The translations under genes and the position numbers were made by a program. Shown piece by piece: positions 43,178 through 53,866 of a stretch of 64,000 nucleotides of DNA. The notes beneath the pieces were generated by a model. That model ran no database searches, had not been told where the DNA came from, and was given only the letters and a program-made list of their open reading frames with translations. Origin of the DNA: Candidatus Latescibacterota bacterium (lineage in GTDB: Bacteria; Latescibacterota; UBA2968; UBA8231); assembly GCA_965248265.1 (NCBI GenBank), contig CBDFJF010000002.1, positions 1,728,001 through 1,792,000 on the forward strand, in the 5' to 3' direction. The number at the start of each line of letters is the position of its first letter. Positions within the stretch are counted from its first letter, which is position 1.

Positions 43178-43200
43178 AAAAAGGAGCCGGCGTCGCCGGC
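43178..43200 (-). terminator. Intrinsic terminator of the membrane protein gene
   Basis: Minus strand GCCGGC-GAC-GCCGGC-TCC-TTTTT right after the stop. Confidence 0.5.
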
Positions 43201-43202
43201 CG

Positions 43203-45134
43203 CTACAGGTTCTGCCGCGCCCACTCGAGGAATACGAGGAGGACCTTCGGGCTCCACTCACCGATGATGAGCCCGAGGAAAAGCGGCTTCAGCCTGCCGT
43301 AGAGACGAGGCCCGCCAAAGCGCAGGACCGCGGTCTTGATCGCCCACGCCAACAGGATGCTGATGAACATCTTGTAGACGACGAGGCCGACCGGGAAACC
43401 GATTGGGTGGAAGGGCCACCAGACGAAGCGCTGCCGCGCGAACATGAGCAGCCCCATGACCAGGGCGCCGATGCCGGTGTGACCCCAATAACCCCAATTC
43501 GGGCCCGTTGTGGTCTGCAATCGAGCGGCCGCGTCCTGCCACTGGTGGTACCCCTGAGACTTCACCGTGTGGGTGATGTTCAGGCCCCCGTGCTCGTAGC
43601 TGGAATCCAGGAACACGAAGATGGCGCCACACAGGGTCACCGCGATGCCGATCAACATGCTGGCGAAGATCATCCGCCGATACCGCTGGATACTCTCGTC
43701 CACCACTTTGAGGCCCTGAGCCGCCGAGGCCATCACCAGGATGATCATGTCGGCCGCCCAGGCGTAGGTAAAGCCCAGGGCGACGATTCCCTTGGGGCCC
43801 AGGGCGCGGGTACCGAAGCCCCCGACGATGGCGTCGGAAGCGATGATCGGGCACGCGAACCAGGGAATGCCGCCCTCGCAGACGACGCGAGTGATCCCCA
43901 AATACAATAGGAAAGCCAGCAACAGGTAGAGTGGCGCGATCCAGGCGGGCAGTCCGAGGCGCCACAGCCAGAAGGACATGAAGGCGAAGCTGCCGAGGAA
44001 GCCGACGACGGCGGTGCGATAGGACATGATCTCGTCCGCCTCGCTGTCGTCGACATCGGACGGAAGGCCGACGGCGCGGCGCAGGACGGCGACGATGTGG
44101 CGGCGCGCGTTCCACAGGCCGACGACGACGAGGGCGATGAAAGCGCCGAGTCCTTCGAAGGAGAAGGTCGTTGGCGTGCGCGTCCAGGGACTCATCAGTG
44201 GGTCCGTCTCGCCGCCGCCCATGAGGGTGGAGACGATCTGGTAGGCCATGTAGACGAAGTAGTAGAAGCAGATGCCCAGGGTCACGTCGCGGCGGATGAA
44301 ATAGGCAAAGCCGATCATCATGAAGTTGATGCCCACGCGCAGGCGCACGGCCTCGCGAAAGAGGTAGACGTACTCGCCGCTGACGTAGATCGGATCGAGG
44401 GGGAAGTACTTGGAGAGGCCGTTGTTGACGCCGATGATGAAGGGGATGATGAAGCCGGCCCAGAAGAGCCAGTTGCGGAACAGCGGCTTCATCAAGCGCT
44501 GCGAGCCGTCGGCGTCATCCTGAATCATCGAGATCGGCAACTGCATCATCGGGTAGACGAGCCGCTCGTGGTCCATCCACTGTTTGCGCAGGATGACGAC
44601 GGCGCAGATCATGGCGATGTAGAGGCACATGACAAGGGGGGCCCAACCGACAACCAGGGCCGGCAGCCAGATGCCCCACGGGATGCTCCCATCCCCGGAC
44701 CCCTCGTAGAAGCCACGGATGTCCTGGGCGTGGTGGGACGGCACGACCCAGTCGGGGATGAACGGCAACACGGCCTCTGCCCAGGTGTTCTCGGGCGAGA
44801 CGTAGTATGCCATGGTGGTGATGTGGGGCAGCAGGTAAGCGGTCAGGCCGGTCGAGGAGACGGCGGAGCCGACGATCCACATCACGTAGACCTGCGCCAG
44901 CTCGGCCTGCGACAGCATCCAGTTGCGGTTGAAGAGCCCGAGGACCGGGTTTATGAACAGCGCCATCAGGAACAGCATGAGGTTGGCGCCGATGGTGTAG
45001 TGCCAGCCGGCCAAGGCCCAGATGTCGAGCACGTAACAGCAGTAGTTGAACCCCGCGCCCGTGATCACGCACCCGAGGGTGCCGACGACGAGGCCGCGGT
45101 AGGTGCAGCCGGTGCCGGGTCGGGGCTGGTCCAT
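43203..45134 (-). CDS. Polytopic membrane protein, DUF6785/DUF6784-like (putative transporter)
   Basis: Many TM helices, RKQWMDHERLVYP, RVVCEGG, WWPFHPIG; probable ATG 45134. Confidence 0.75.
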   Translation of the reverse strand: MDQPRPGTGCTYRGLVVGTLGCVITGAGFNYCCYVLDIWALAGWHYTIGANLMLFLMALFINPVLGLFNRNWMLSQAELAQVYVMWIVGSAVSSTGLTAYLLPHITTMAYYVSPENTWAEAVLPFIPDWVVPSHHAQDIRGFYEGSGDGSIPWGIWLPALVVGWAPLVMCLYIAMICAVVILRKQWMDHERLVYPMMQLPISMIQDDADGSQRLMKPLFRNWLFWAGFIIPFIIGVNNGLSKYFPLDPIYVSGEYVYLFREAVRLRVGINFMMIGFAYFIRRDVTLGICFYYFVYMAYQIVSTLMGGGETDPLMSPWTRTPTTFSFEGLGAFIALVVVGLWNARRHIVAVLRRAVGLPSDVDDSEADEIMSYRTAVVGFLGSFAFMSFWLWRLGLPAWIAPLYLLLAFLLYLGITRVVCEGGIPWFACPIIASDAIVGGFGTRALGPKGIVALGFTYAWAADMIILVMASAAQGLKVVDESIQRYRRMIFASMLIGIAVTLCGAIFVFLDSSYEHGGLNITHTVKSQGYHQWQDAAARLQTTTGPNWGYWGHTGIGALVMGLLMFARQRFVWWPFHPIGFPVGLVVYKMFISILLAWAIKTAVLRFGGPRLYGRLKPLFLGLIIGEWSPKVLLVFLEWARQNL

Positions 45135-45286
45135 GCTCGCAAGGGGAGAAGGGGATGGCGGAGAGGCGCGGCCTGGCTCGCCGGTCTCGTGGTTCGCCTT
45201 TCGTGTGAATATGGCACATCCGGGCGGCGTGCCAAAGCACAAAGCGCGCCCTTGCGTCCAACGGCAATGATGCCAACTCTGTATGG

Positions 45287-46753
45287 ATGCCGAAACCACA
45301 CATCCTCTTTCTGTTCACCGATCAACAGCGCGCCGACTGCCTCAGTTGCGCCGGCCACCCAGTGCTCAAGACGCCCCACATGGACCGCCTGGCAGCCGAG
45401 GGGGTGCGTTTTACCAACTGTTTCACAACCAGTCCGCTGTGCGTGCCAGCGCGCCAGACGATCATGACCGGGTTGTATCCACACAACTCCAACATGTGGC
45501 AGAACGATGCCGAAACCCCCGTTGACGCCGACACCTACGTCAGACGGCTGCGGGCGTCAGGGTACCGCACCTGCGGCATCGGCAAGCATCATCTGTATAG
45601 CGCTAACAAGGGAGCCAATCTGTACGAGCACGAGTCGAAGTTCCGCGCCATCGGGTTCGACCACGTCGAGCCGACCGGCGGCACGTGGAGCAACACGACC
45701 TGCACTTCACCCTACACCGATCACCTGAAGAGCCTCGGTCTGCTGGATGGCTTCCGCCAATACCTGCTCGAACTCGAAGCCAAACCGGACGAAGAGCGAC
45801 GCTACACCGCCGAGGCCCTCCCGCTTCCGGCCGAGCATTACCCCGACGCCTTTGCCGGCCGGCGGGTGGAGGCCTACATCGACCAATACGAGAGTGACGA
45901 ACCGAGCTTCGTGTACGTCGGTTTCCAGGGACCGCACGAGCCGTGGGACGCTCCGGATGCCTGCAGCGAGTTCGACACCAGCCTGCTGCCCGCCCCCATC
46001 CCCGAACTGCCGCAGGGGGAGTGGCTCCCGGATATCAGCCGCTGGTACCAGCGTTGGGCGCAGTACTACCCGCCTTCGAGTGCGCAGGCGCTGCAGGCCA
46101 TTACCTGCCGCTATCTCGGAAAGATCGCGCAGATCGACGCTGAGATCGGGCGCATCCTCGCCGCCTATGAGCGCAAGGGTTGGCTCGACAACACGGTCGT
46201 CGTGTTTGCCAGTGATCACGGCGAGATGCTCGGCGATCTCAACCGGCTGTCGAAGAGTGTTTGCTACGACTCGGCGATCAGGGTGCCGATGATCGTCCGC
46301 CTGCCCGACGGGGTCGGCTCCGGGACCACCCGCAACGGCTTCGTGGAGACGATCGATATCCACGGCACCATTCTGGATGCGGCCGGCTGCGAGCCGATAC
46401 CGGGCGCTGATGCGCTCTCCGTGTTGCCCTTGGTGCGGGGAAGCGACGATGACCGGTTGAGGTCAGACGTGCTCGCCGAGGTGCATGCCCACTACATGCT
46501 ACGAACACAGCGCTGGAAGATCGTCATCGGCCGCGACGGCCAGACAATGGCGCTGTTCGACCTGGAGAAGGATCCACTCGAGCAATTTAATTACTGCGGC
46601 CACCCTGATTACGGACAGGCCGAAATTGAGATGCGCAGCAGGCTGTTGGGCCGGCTGACCGCCGGTACCTACCGGCCGGGGAATGTCGACCCCGAATTGA
46701 GCGCCCATGGCCACGAGGGACCGGATGCGGGCAACCTCTGGAAGAGCGGATGA
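45287..46753 (+). CDS. Sulfatase (Cys-type)
   Basis: TDQQRAD, SPLCVPAR (CxPxR), GKHH, PHEP, SDHGEMLG. Confidence 0.93.
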   Translation: MPKPHILFLFTDQQRADCLSCAGHPVLKTPHMDRLAAEGVRFTNCFTTSPLCVPARQTIMTGLYPHNSNMWQNDAETPVDADTYVRRLRASGYRTCGIGKHHLYSANKGANLYEHESKFRAIGFDHVEPTGGTWSNTTCTSPYTDHLKSLGLLDGFRQYLLELEAKPDEERRYTAEALPLPAEHYPDAFAGRRVEAYIDQYESDEPSFVYVGFQGPHEPWDAPDACSEFDTSLLPAPIPELPQGEWLPDISRWYQRWAQYYPPSSAQALQAITCRYLGKIAQIDAEIGRILAAYERKGWLDNTVVVFASDHGEMLGDLNRLSKSVCYDSAIRVPMIVRLPDGVGSGTTRNGFVETIDIHGTILDAAGCEPIPGADALSVLPLVRGSDDDRLRSDVLAEVHAHYMLRTQRWKIVIGRDGQTMALFDLEKDPLEQFNYCGHPDYGQAEIEMRSRLLGRLTAGTYRPGNVDPELSAHGHEGPDAGNLWKSG

Positions 46754-46877
46754 GCGTCGGCAGATGAGTCTGATCTACGCTGCAGCGGCGGCGCTCCAAT
46801 GGTCCTTCCGTGACCCGGCCAAGCGCATCAATTGTAGAGCGTGACCAGGCGAGGAATGTCTGCATCGAGTGGGAATG

Positions 46878-47174
46878 TTAGGAGGTACAAACGAATGAAG
46901 AAGGAGGAGGAGTTGTTGAGCTAGTAACAGATTCTATTTTCAGCATGCCTTCGCTCTGGTTCAGTGAGTCTAGCGAGGCGATTCCAGTCATGAGGTTGCC
47001 TTCGAGAATCTCGGCGCGATCCACTTCTGTGTGCGATGACTCGTCGATCAAGATGATGAGTTCACCTGGTACCCACTTGTTCTCTGGGCCGTCCGGTGCT
47101 TCATCCTCTTGGCCAGAGACTGACGTGGCACAGACTGCCAGCAATAGGATCAGATACGGCCTGGCATCAGTCAT
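46878..47174 (-). pseudogene. N-terminal fragment of a secreted protein, S8-peptidase-prodomain-like
   Basis: Signal peptide, WVPGELII, TGIASLDSLN, then abrupt low-complexity end. Confidence 0.45.
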
Positions 47175-47364
47175 TTTGCTGCGACTACCAAGTCCTTGAC
47201 GATCGCCCAAGACGTTCATTTCAGCCGAATATATCATGTTCATGACTACTGTGACATCCGTAGAATTACGGATTCACTTGTTGCGCAATGCATTGTTGGA
47301 GAGGTAGGTTGAAAGCAGGTTAACGAGGACTTACCACACCCATCGGATTCGGATCAGGAACGCG

Positions 47365-49881
47365 ATGCCCGCCTCCATCTCTATCATGCGTTGCCTTTTC
47401 TGCTGCATCGTCGCCACAGCTGTGTCATCAGCTGCACAGGCGCCCCACGGTATAGAAGAACGGGAGCAGAATACCTCCTTTGCCATTCATACGTCGGCTC
47501 CCTCGACCGAGATGAGCCTGCGGCAGGTCTTTGCCGATCGCCTTGGCCACCTGCCGGTCGGCCTCACACATGCTGGAGACGGCAGCGAGCGTCTTTTCTG
47601 GTTGAACAAGGAGGGTCTAGTCCAGGTCTGGCACCACAGCAAGGGCGTTGTGCAACATGCGAGGTTTTTCCTGGTGATCAGAGACCAGGTAAACTCTTCC
47701 CATTTCGAATCCGGCTTGCTGGGCATGGCCTTTCACCCAAACTATGCCAGCAACGGGCGGTTCTATGTGTACTACACCCACGGGGAGGTGTACTCGCGGA
47801 TCTCGGAGTTCCAGGTTTCCAGCACCAACCCGGACTCGGCAGACACGTCTAGCGAACGCATCTTACTGGACATCGAACAACACACACCGAGCCACTTCGG
47901 CGGTCAGCTCGCCTTCGGGCCAGATGGGTACTTGTACATCGCCCTTGGGGACGGACGCCGTATCGACGAAAACGGCGTCAACCTGGCACAGACCCCGAGC
48001 TTCCTGCACGGCTCTATCCTGCGGATCGACGTCGATGCCAGCACGGGAGAGCTGCCCTACGGTATCCCGGGGGACAATCCATTCGTCGGCAACGACCGCG
48101 GTTGGCGTGAGGAGATCTGGGCCTGGGGACTGCGCAATCCATGGCGGTTCAGCTTCGACCGCGAGACGGGAGAGCTGTGGGCAGGAGATGTGGGCGAACA
48201 TTCCTGGGAAGAGTTGAATCTGATCGAGAAGGGGAGGAATTACGGTTGGCCCATCATGGAGGGTGATGAGTGCAACGGTGAGATCGATTGCGACCAGGCA
48301 GACTACGCTCTGCCGGTTTTTAGCTATGAGCACCGGGGATCTGCCGCGGTGATCGGTGGGTTCGTTTACCGCGGCACACGCTTGCCCCAGCTGCAGGGCG
48401 CTTATCTGTATGCGGATTACCTCGATGGCAGGATCTGGGCTCTACGCCACGAGAACGGCCAGGTCATCGAAAACCGTCTCCTCGCCATCAGTCCTTCTTT
48501 AATATCAAGTCTCGGTGAGGATGAAGCCGGGGAGATCTACGTGCTGGCCACCGATGGTCCAACATACGTCCTGGAGGACAGCCCATCCGATGTAGAGCCC
48601 GAGCAGATTCCGTCGACCCTCTCCACTTCGGGCCTCTTCAGTCAAATCACCTCGCAAACCCCCTCGCCTGGTCTGATTCCCTACTCAGTAAATGCCCAAT
48701 TGTGGTCTGACGGCGCCTTCAAAACTCGCCTGATGGCTTTGCCGAACCAGCAACTCGTCGGCTTTTCTCCCAACGGTTTCTGGCGCTTTCCGCAGGGTAC
48801 GGTCTTCGTGAAGAATTTCTACCTGGAAATGGAAAGAGGTGACCCTGAGAGCCGCCGCATCGTCGAGACTCGACTGCTCGTAAAGAACACGAGAGGCGTG
48901 GAATGGTCGGGCTTGAGCTACCGCTGGAACGACGAGGGCACAGACGCGAGTCTGCTCGATGACAGCCATACGGAGACGTACACGGTCGTGGATGCGGAAA
49001 GCCCGGACGGCCATCGCGACCAATCCTACTATTTTCCCAGCCGGGACGAGTGCAACCTGTGCCATACCCGGGCTGCCGGTTTCGTCCTGGGAGCCCACAC
49101 GGCGCAAATGAACAAAACGCACACGTATGGGGACATAGAGGACAACCAGTTGCGTAGCTACGATCACATCGGGCTCTTCGGAACTAATAGCGTCGGCGAA
49201 GACTACAGTGGATTCCCCTCGCAACCCGACCCGCAGGATGTCGAAGAGGATGTAGCTCTGCGTGCGCGTTCTTACCTGGATGCCAATTGCTCGCAGTGTC
49301 ACCGGCCCCAGGGCACAGGCCGCTCCAACATGAACCTGCGATACTCCACGCCCCTTGAGCTGACCCACACCTTGCACATCCCGCCAGCCCTGGAGGATAT
49401 GGGAGTAGAGGGTGCCGCGCTCATCACCCCGGGCGCCCCCGAGCGCTCACTGGTTTATCTGCGGATGTTGAGTCTCGATGATCTCCGAATGCCCCCGCTG
49501 GCAACGTCGATAGTGGATCGGGAGGGGGCCGAGTTAATCAGTAGCTGGATACGCACAATGCCCGACGCCACCAGTGTCGCTGTAGAGAGCAGCCCTGGGC
49601 CTCTCTCGTTCAAACTAGCGCAGAACTATCCCAATCCCTTCAACTCCAGCACGGCGATACCCTTCGCCCTCCGACAAAATGGGCCTGTGGAGCTGGTCGT
49701 CTACAACCTGGCCGGTCAGGAGGTGGTGATCCTGGTCGATGAGACGCGCCATGCCGGGACCCACGTAGTCCATTGGAATGGTCACGACGGTGCGGGTAAC
49801 GCCGTGGCTAGTGGTGTCTATGTGTATCGGCTACAATCTGTGGCAGATGTGCAGGTGCGGAAGCTGGTCTTGGTGCGATAG
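47365..49881 (+). CDS. PQQ-dependent sugar dehydrogenase (GSDH) + diheme cytochrome c + FlgD/T9SS-type C-terminal domain
   Basis: GLLGMAFHP, FGPDGYLY, GLRNPWR; CNLCH and CSQCH; QNYPNPFN...SGVYVYRL. Confidence 0.9.
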   Translation: MPASISIMRCLFCCIVATAVSSAAQAPHGIEEREQNTSFAIHTSAPSTEMSLRQVFADRLGHLPVGLTHAGDGSERLFWLNKEGLVQVWHHSKGVVQHARFFLVIRDQVNSSHFESGLLGMAFHPNYASNGRFYVYYTHGEVYSRISEFQVSSTNPDSADTSSERILLDIEQHTPSHFGGQLAFGPDGYLYIALGDGRRIDENGVNLAQTPSFLHGSILRIDVDASTGELPYGIPGDNPFVGNDRGWREEIWAWGLRNPWRFSFDRETGELWAGDVGEHSWEELNLIEKGRNYGWPIMEGDECNGEIDCDQADYALPVFSYEHRGSAAVIGGFVYRGTRLPQLQGAYLYADYLDGRIWALRHENGQVIENRLLAISPSLISSLGEDEAGEIYVLATDGPTYVLEDSPSDVEPEQIPSTLSTSGLFSQITSQTPSPGLIPYSVNAQLWSDGAFKTRLMALPNQQLVGFSPNGFWRFPQGTVFVKNFYLEMERGDPESRRIVETRLLVKNTRGVEWSGLSYRWNDEGTDASLLDDSHTETYTVVDAESPDGHRDQSYYFPSRDECNLCHTRAAGFVLGAHTAQMNKTHTYGDIEDNQLRSYDHIGLFGTNSVGEDYSGFPSQPDPQDVEEDVALRARSYLDANCSQCHRPQGTGRSNMNLRYSTPLELTHTLHIPPALEDMGVEGAALITPGAPERSLVYLRMLSLDDLRMPPLATSIVDREGAELISSWIRTMPDATSVAVESSPGPLSFKLAQNYPNPFNSSTAIPFALRQNGPVELVVYNLAGQEVVILVDETRHAGTHVVHWNGHDGAGNAVASGVYVYRLQSVADVQVRKLVLVR

Positions 49882-50832
49882 TGACGGCATCACCCGTGGA
49901 GATCTACCGACCCCATGAGATTGAAGCCCATCCCGTCATAACGACCGACGGTCGGTGGCCCTGCGCTCACGAGATCCGTGACCCGGCCAAGCGCATCAAC
50001 CGAGGTGGGTGGTGTATCGAATCCGACACACCAACGTTGCCAATCTCTCCCTTAACACTGGGGGGCCACTGCCCGTACCGCAAAAGGGCCTTTATCTTCA
50101 CTATACGTGGCTACCGGCCATTACTGGATGGTGCTGTTCGAAGCGTTGACGGAGACGGGGTACACCGTTTCCGTGATCAACCCGCTGGTGATCTCCGCCC
50201 GCCGCAACATCACCATCCGGGGCAGCAAGACCGACAGCGTTGACTCCCTGCTCATCGCCCTGGTGCTGCGTGAAACACAGTTGAAAGTGTGTGCGATCGC
50301 TGACGACCAGGTCCAGCAACTGCGTGATCTTACGCGCCTGCGTTTCGAATGTGCTCAAACCGCCATCGGCGAAAAATACCGTCTCATCAGCCTTCTCGAT
50401 CTGGCTTTTCCGGAGTATCAGGAACATTTCTCCGACCTCTTCGGTGCCTCCAGTCGCGCCGTGCTGGCCGAATTTCCCACCGCCAAGCAGCTGGCCAAAG
50501 TCGACATTCGCCGGTTGACCCGATTGCTCCACGAAACCAGCCGCGGCTACTTTGGTCGGGCTCACGCGCAACGACTGAAGGAGGCCGCCAAAAACTCCTT
50601 CGCCCTGGCGGGTCGCGCCGAGGCCCTGGCGCTGGAGATCCGTTTCGTCGTCGAGCGACTCAATAGAAGGATCGCGGCAAGCACCACATGGTAGCGCTCA
50701 CACACGTCGCCAACAAGATGCTACATGTAATCTTCTCGGTTTTGAAGAATGACAGACCTTACACGCCCATACTCACGTAAAGGCAACTATCGACAATGCC
50801 CATGATTGGGGTTGACTATTTACCGCTTGTCT
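49882..50832 (+). mobile_element. IS110-family element, internally deleted (ends approximate)
   Basis: ~225-bp non-coding leader, transposase remnant, short right end with TTGACT at 50812-50817. Confidence 0.75.
50107..50780 (+). pseudogene. IS110 transposase with N-terminal and internal deletions
   Basis: ATGHYW..VINP..KTDSVDS..LRDLTRLR..FPE; out-of-frame C-terminus KDRGKHHMVALTHVANKMLHVIFSVLKNDRPY from 50667. Confidence 0.88.
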
Positions 50833-51099
50833 AACCGTTTGGATTTCCGGGCGCAATTCCACATATTAATGGTCATAGAATGGAGAGCTGCATATCCGGA
50901 GGACTATATGCGAACTAAGCTCACATCCCAAAAAACGTAAGTCGTTTATTTACAATGCTTAACGAGCTTAACGAAAAGGAGGTATTCGAGGGAAGCTCGC
51001 ATTTCAGAATCAGCGCAACACCAGCATTTATATCTCTACAGCAGCAATTATCTTCACAACGCAGTACTCATCTTTCCACAGTTAAAAGGAGAAGCAACA

Positions 51100-52002
51100 G
51101 TGAAGAAGATTATTGTAATGGCTGCGGTTCTGGGTCTCGTGCTGACCACCTTCACTCCGAGTTCAGCCCACGTGCCATCGGAGAAGAACTTTGTGGCGCT
51201 GCAGGTGCCCATCAGCGACTCTGGAGTCCAGAACCTGGAGGTGAACGGTGATCTGAGCGAGTGGGACAACGTGCCGTCCGCGTTCTGGACCACCCATGAT
51301 GACCTCACAGAGTTCGTCACCGGTACCCAGGGTGAACCGGATGCGGGCAATCTCGCCGAGCGCATCATCATCGGCTGGAGCCCAGAGACCAACTTCATTT
51401 ACGTCATGGAGGAAAAGTTCGACCAACTCTGGTACGGCCAGGGCGAGGACAACAACGATTTACTCGAGCTCGTGATCGATGCGGACCACAGCGGCGGACA
51501 GTTCTATGGGGGAGAATTAAGTGAGAGATTTTATTCGGCCGAGGCACAGAACTGGAAGACGGTGTTCGACGCCCCCGACTCCCCCATTGTGTTGTGGGGC
51601 GGCGGAATATGGGCCGCCGTGGAGCCTTACGCCGGTCTCGGATGGAACGTCGACGGCGAAGACGGTGGCCCCGCCACCCTCTGGGCGGAGAGTTGGTTCA
51701 CCCCCTTCGACGACCTGCCCGGCGATTCGACCGGTCCCGACGACGACCGCGTGATCATCCACGACCTGACGGAAGGCGAGGTCATCGGCTTCGGCATGGC
51801 CATTCAGGACGATGACAACGGCCCGGGCGCGGGGTACAACGGCTACTGGGTCCACACTGGCGACGTCAACGTGTACCTAACCGCCGACGCCCTGGTAGAC
51901 TACACGCTACAGGGTTTTAACGCGGACTATTGGGTGGAGGACATGATGACCTCGGTTGAGTCCGACAGCTGGGCTCGCATCAAAGCGGGCTTCTCCAAGT
52001 AG
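51100..52002 (+). CDS. Secreted acidic protein, CBM9/DOMON-like, with C-terminal TSVESDSWARIK tail
   Basis: Signal peptide, VNGDLSEW, LVIDADHSGG, GEVIGFGMAIQDDD; AAGGAG RBS. Confidence 0.8.
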   Translation: MKKIIVMAAVLGLVLTTFTPSSAHVPSEKNFVALQVPISDSGVQNLEVNGDLSEWDNVPSAFWTTHDDLTEFVTGTQGEPDAGNLAERIIIGWSPETNFIYVMEEKFDQLWYGQGEDNNDLLELVIDADHSGGQFYGGELSERFYSAEAQNWKTVFDAPDSPIVLWGGGIWAAVEPYAGLGWNVDGEDGGPATLWAESWFTPFDDLPGDSTGPDDDRVIIHDLTEGEVIGFGMAIQDDDNGPGAGYNGYWVHTGDVNVYLTADALVDYTLQGFNADYWVEDMMTSVESDSWARIKAGFSK

Positions 52003-52038
52003 GGAGATTGGCTCGAGGAGCCATAGCTGCTGTTGTTG

Positions 52039-52076
52039 AAAAGGGGGCGAGATCGACGATCCTCGCCCCCCTTTTT
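52039..52076 (+). terminator. Intrinsic terminator, possibly bidirectional
   Basis: AAAA-GGGGGCGAG...CTCGCCCCC-C-TTTTT. Confidence 0.8.
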
Positions 52077-52100
52077 CTTTCCCGGGCGAAGGAGAGATAA

Positions 52101-53275
52101 GTGCGCTCATCGGCGTTTTGCTTAGTCTGTTCCGCGTTGACGTTGTCGGCCACATATCCGTGCTGGGGACAGGAGGGGTATTCGCTGGAGCCAGGCAGGG
52201 TGGTCGTCGATTCCAGAGAGCATTGGGAATTCTGGCACGCCGCCGCCCATACGGTCCAGATCAGCGATGAAGGGGTGAAGCCCGCCTTCATCCGCAAGCA
52301 CACGAGACTGGAAATAGATGGCGGGGAAGTCGTCGTTCCCGGCATCAACGCCGCCGAATTCGGCGGCGGCGTGTTGAATGCCGGATCCAATCGCCCGAGC
52401 GACACCGACGTCATGGATGGCAGGATGGACACCTTCTGGGAACCGGACGCGTCTGACCTGTTGCGAGACCGGTGGCTGCAGATCGATCTGGGCCGGACCG
52501 TATCGGCCACCAGGATTGTGCTGAAGTTTGTCGCAGAGGAGTTGGGAGACCCCTTTCTGCAGTTCAGGGTGACCACTTCACAGGGACAGAAGACCCCTAT
52601 AGGTGGTCAGCTCATTTTCCGGACACGCTTCACCACGGACAAGTCGAACAAGAGCACGCGGGTCATCGAGATCGACCTGACCAAACAGCTACCGTCGAGG
52701 TGGCCCGATGCACGGGGCGACTTCACCGGCGACGTCATCCGTTACGTCGGGGTGGGCATCACGGACAGCGACTTCGGCAGGGGGAGGCAGGTCTCCCAGT
52801 CCGAATACGACAGTCCGCCAGCCGACCAGCAGGGAGAGATAGACTACTTCCGACGAGAGACGTCAGGGAAGGACAGGTTGCTGGATGGGAAAGAGGATTG
52901 GGACGCCCTGGCGGGCACGGAGAGGCAGGGGCCTGTCGTCTATTACCGCCGCGAAATACCCCGGCTGGCAGAGATCGAGGTCTGGACCATCGGCGACAAC
53001 ATCGGTACGGGCGTACTGGAGCGGGGCGGAAGGGTGATCGCCGCCGGGGAGAACCTCACGAGGGCGGGGGCCGTGGTATGGAGACCTCTACGGCCAGGTG
53101 CTGTACTGGTCTGCCCTCGCAAGCTTTGATCTTGACAGGTTGGCGATTTCGGATCCGCGGGATGCGGAGCGCTCCATGTTCATAGATCTCGGAGGCTCCT
53201 ACTTTGTCGACCATATCAGAATACTCCACGCCATTTCGAACCCACCTCCGTTCAGAGCCTACCGCATCCAGCTCT
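52101..53275 (+). pseudogene. Secreted discoidin-like domain protein, frameshifted (~53077) and truncated at 53276
   Basis: WLQIDLG, LAEIEVW; alternative frame continues DGDLYG...MFIDLGGSYFVDHIRI...YRIQL up to the junction with the sulfatase copy. Confidence 0.7.
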
Positions 53276-53810
53276 GATCAGGGTGCCGATGATCGTCCGC
53301 CTGCCCGACGGGGTCGGCTCCGGGACCACCCGCAACGGCTTCGTGGAGACGATCGATATCCACGGCACCATTCTGGATGCGGCCGGCTGCGAGCCGATAC
53401 CGGGCGCTGATGCGCTCTCCGTGTTGCCCTTGGTGCGGGGAAGCGACGATGACCGGTTGCGGTCAGACGTGCTCGCCGAGGTGCATGCCCACTACATGCT
53501 GCGAACGCAACGCTGGAAGATCGTCATCGGCCGCGACGGCCAGACCATGGCGCTGTTCGACCTGGAGAAGGATCCACTCGAGCAATTTAATTACTGCGGC
53601 CACCCTGATTACGGACAGGCCGAAATTGAGATGCGCAGCAGGCTGTTGGGCCGGCCTGACCGCCGGTACCTACCGGCCGAGGAATGTCGACCCCGAACTG
53701 AGTGCCCATGGCCACGCCGGACCGGCTGCGGGCAACCTCTGGACGGGATGAGGGAGGATCGGTCGATGAGGCTGATTTACGCTGCAACGGCGGCGCTCCA
53801 ATGGTCCTTC
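53276..53810 (+). repeat. Near-identical copy of the sulfatase 3' end and downstream sequence (46276-46808); pseudogene fragment
   Basis: Direct repeat at 7000-bp offset starting GATCAGGGTGCCGATG; few substitutions, 1-nt insertion near 53655, more divergent around the stop. Confidence 0.95.
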
Positions 53811-53866
53811 GCTCTGCTCGTCGACGCAGCAATAGTAGGTTTTCCGCAACACCCGTCATAGCTTGA

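Noticed and set aside
44097-45467. 456-aa plus-strand ORF
   Set aside because: Antisense shadow of the membrane protein gene
50812-50832. IS110 circle-junction promoter reconstruction
   Set aside because: Joining to the apparent left end gives only 14 bp of -35/-10 spacing; the true ends cannot be defined by eye
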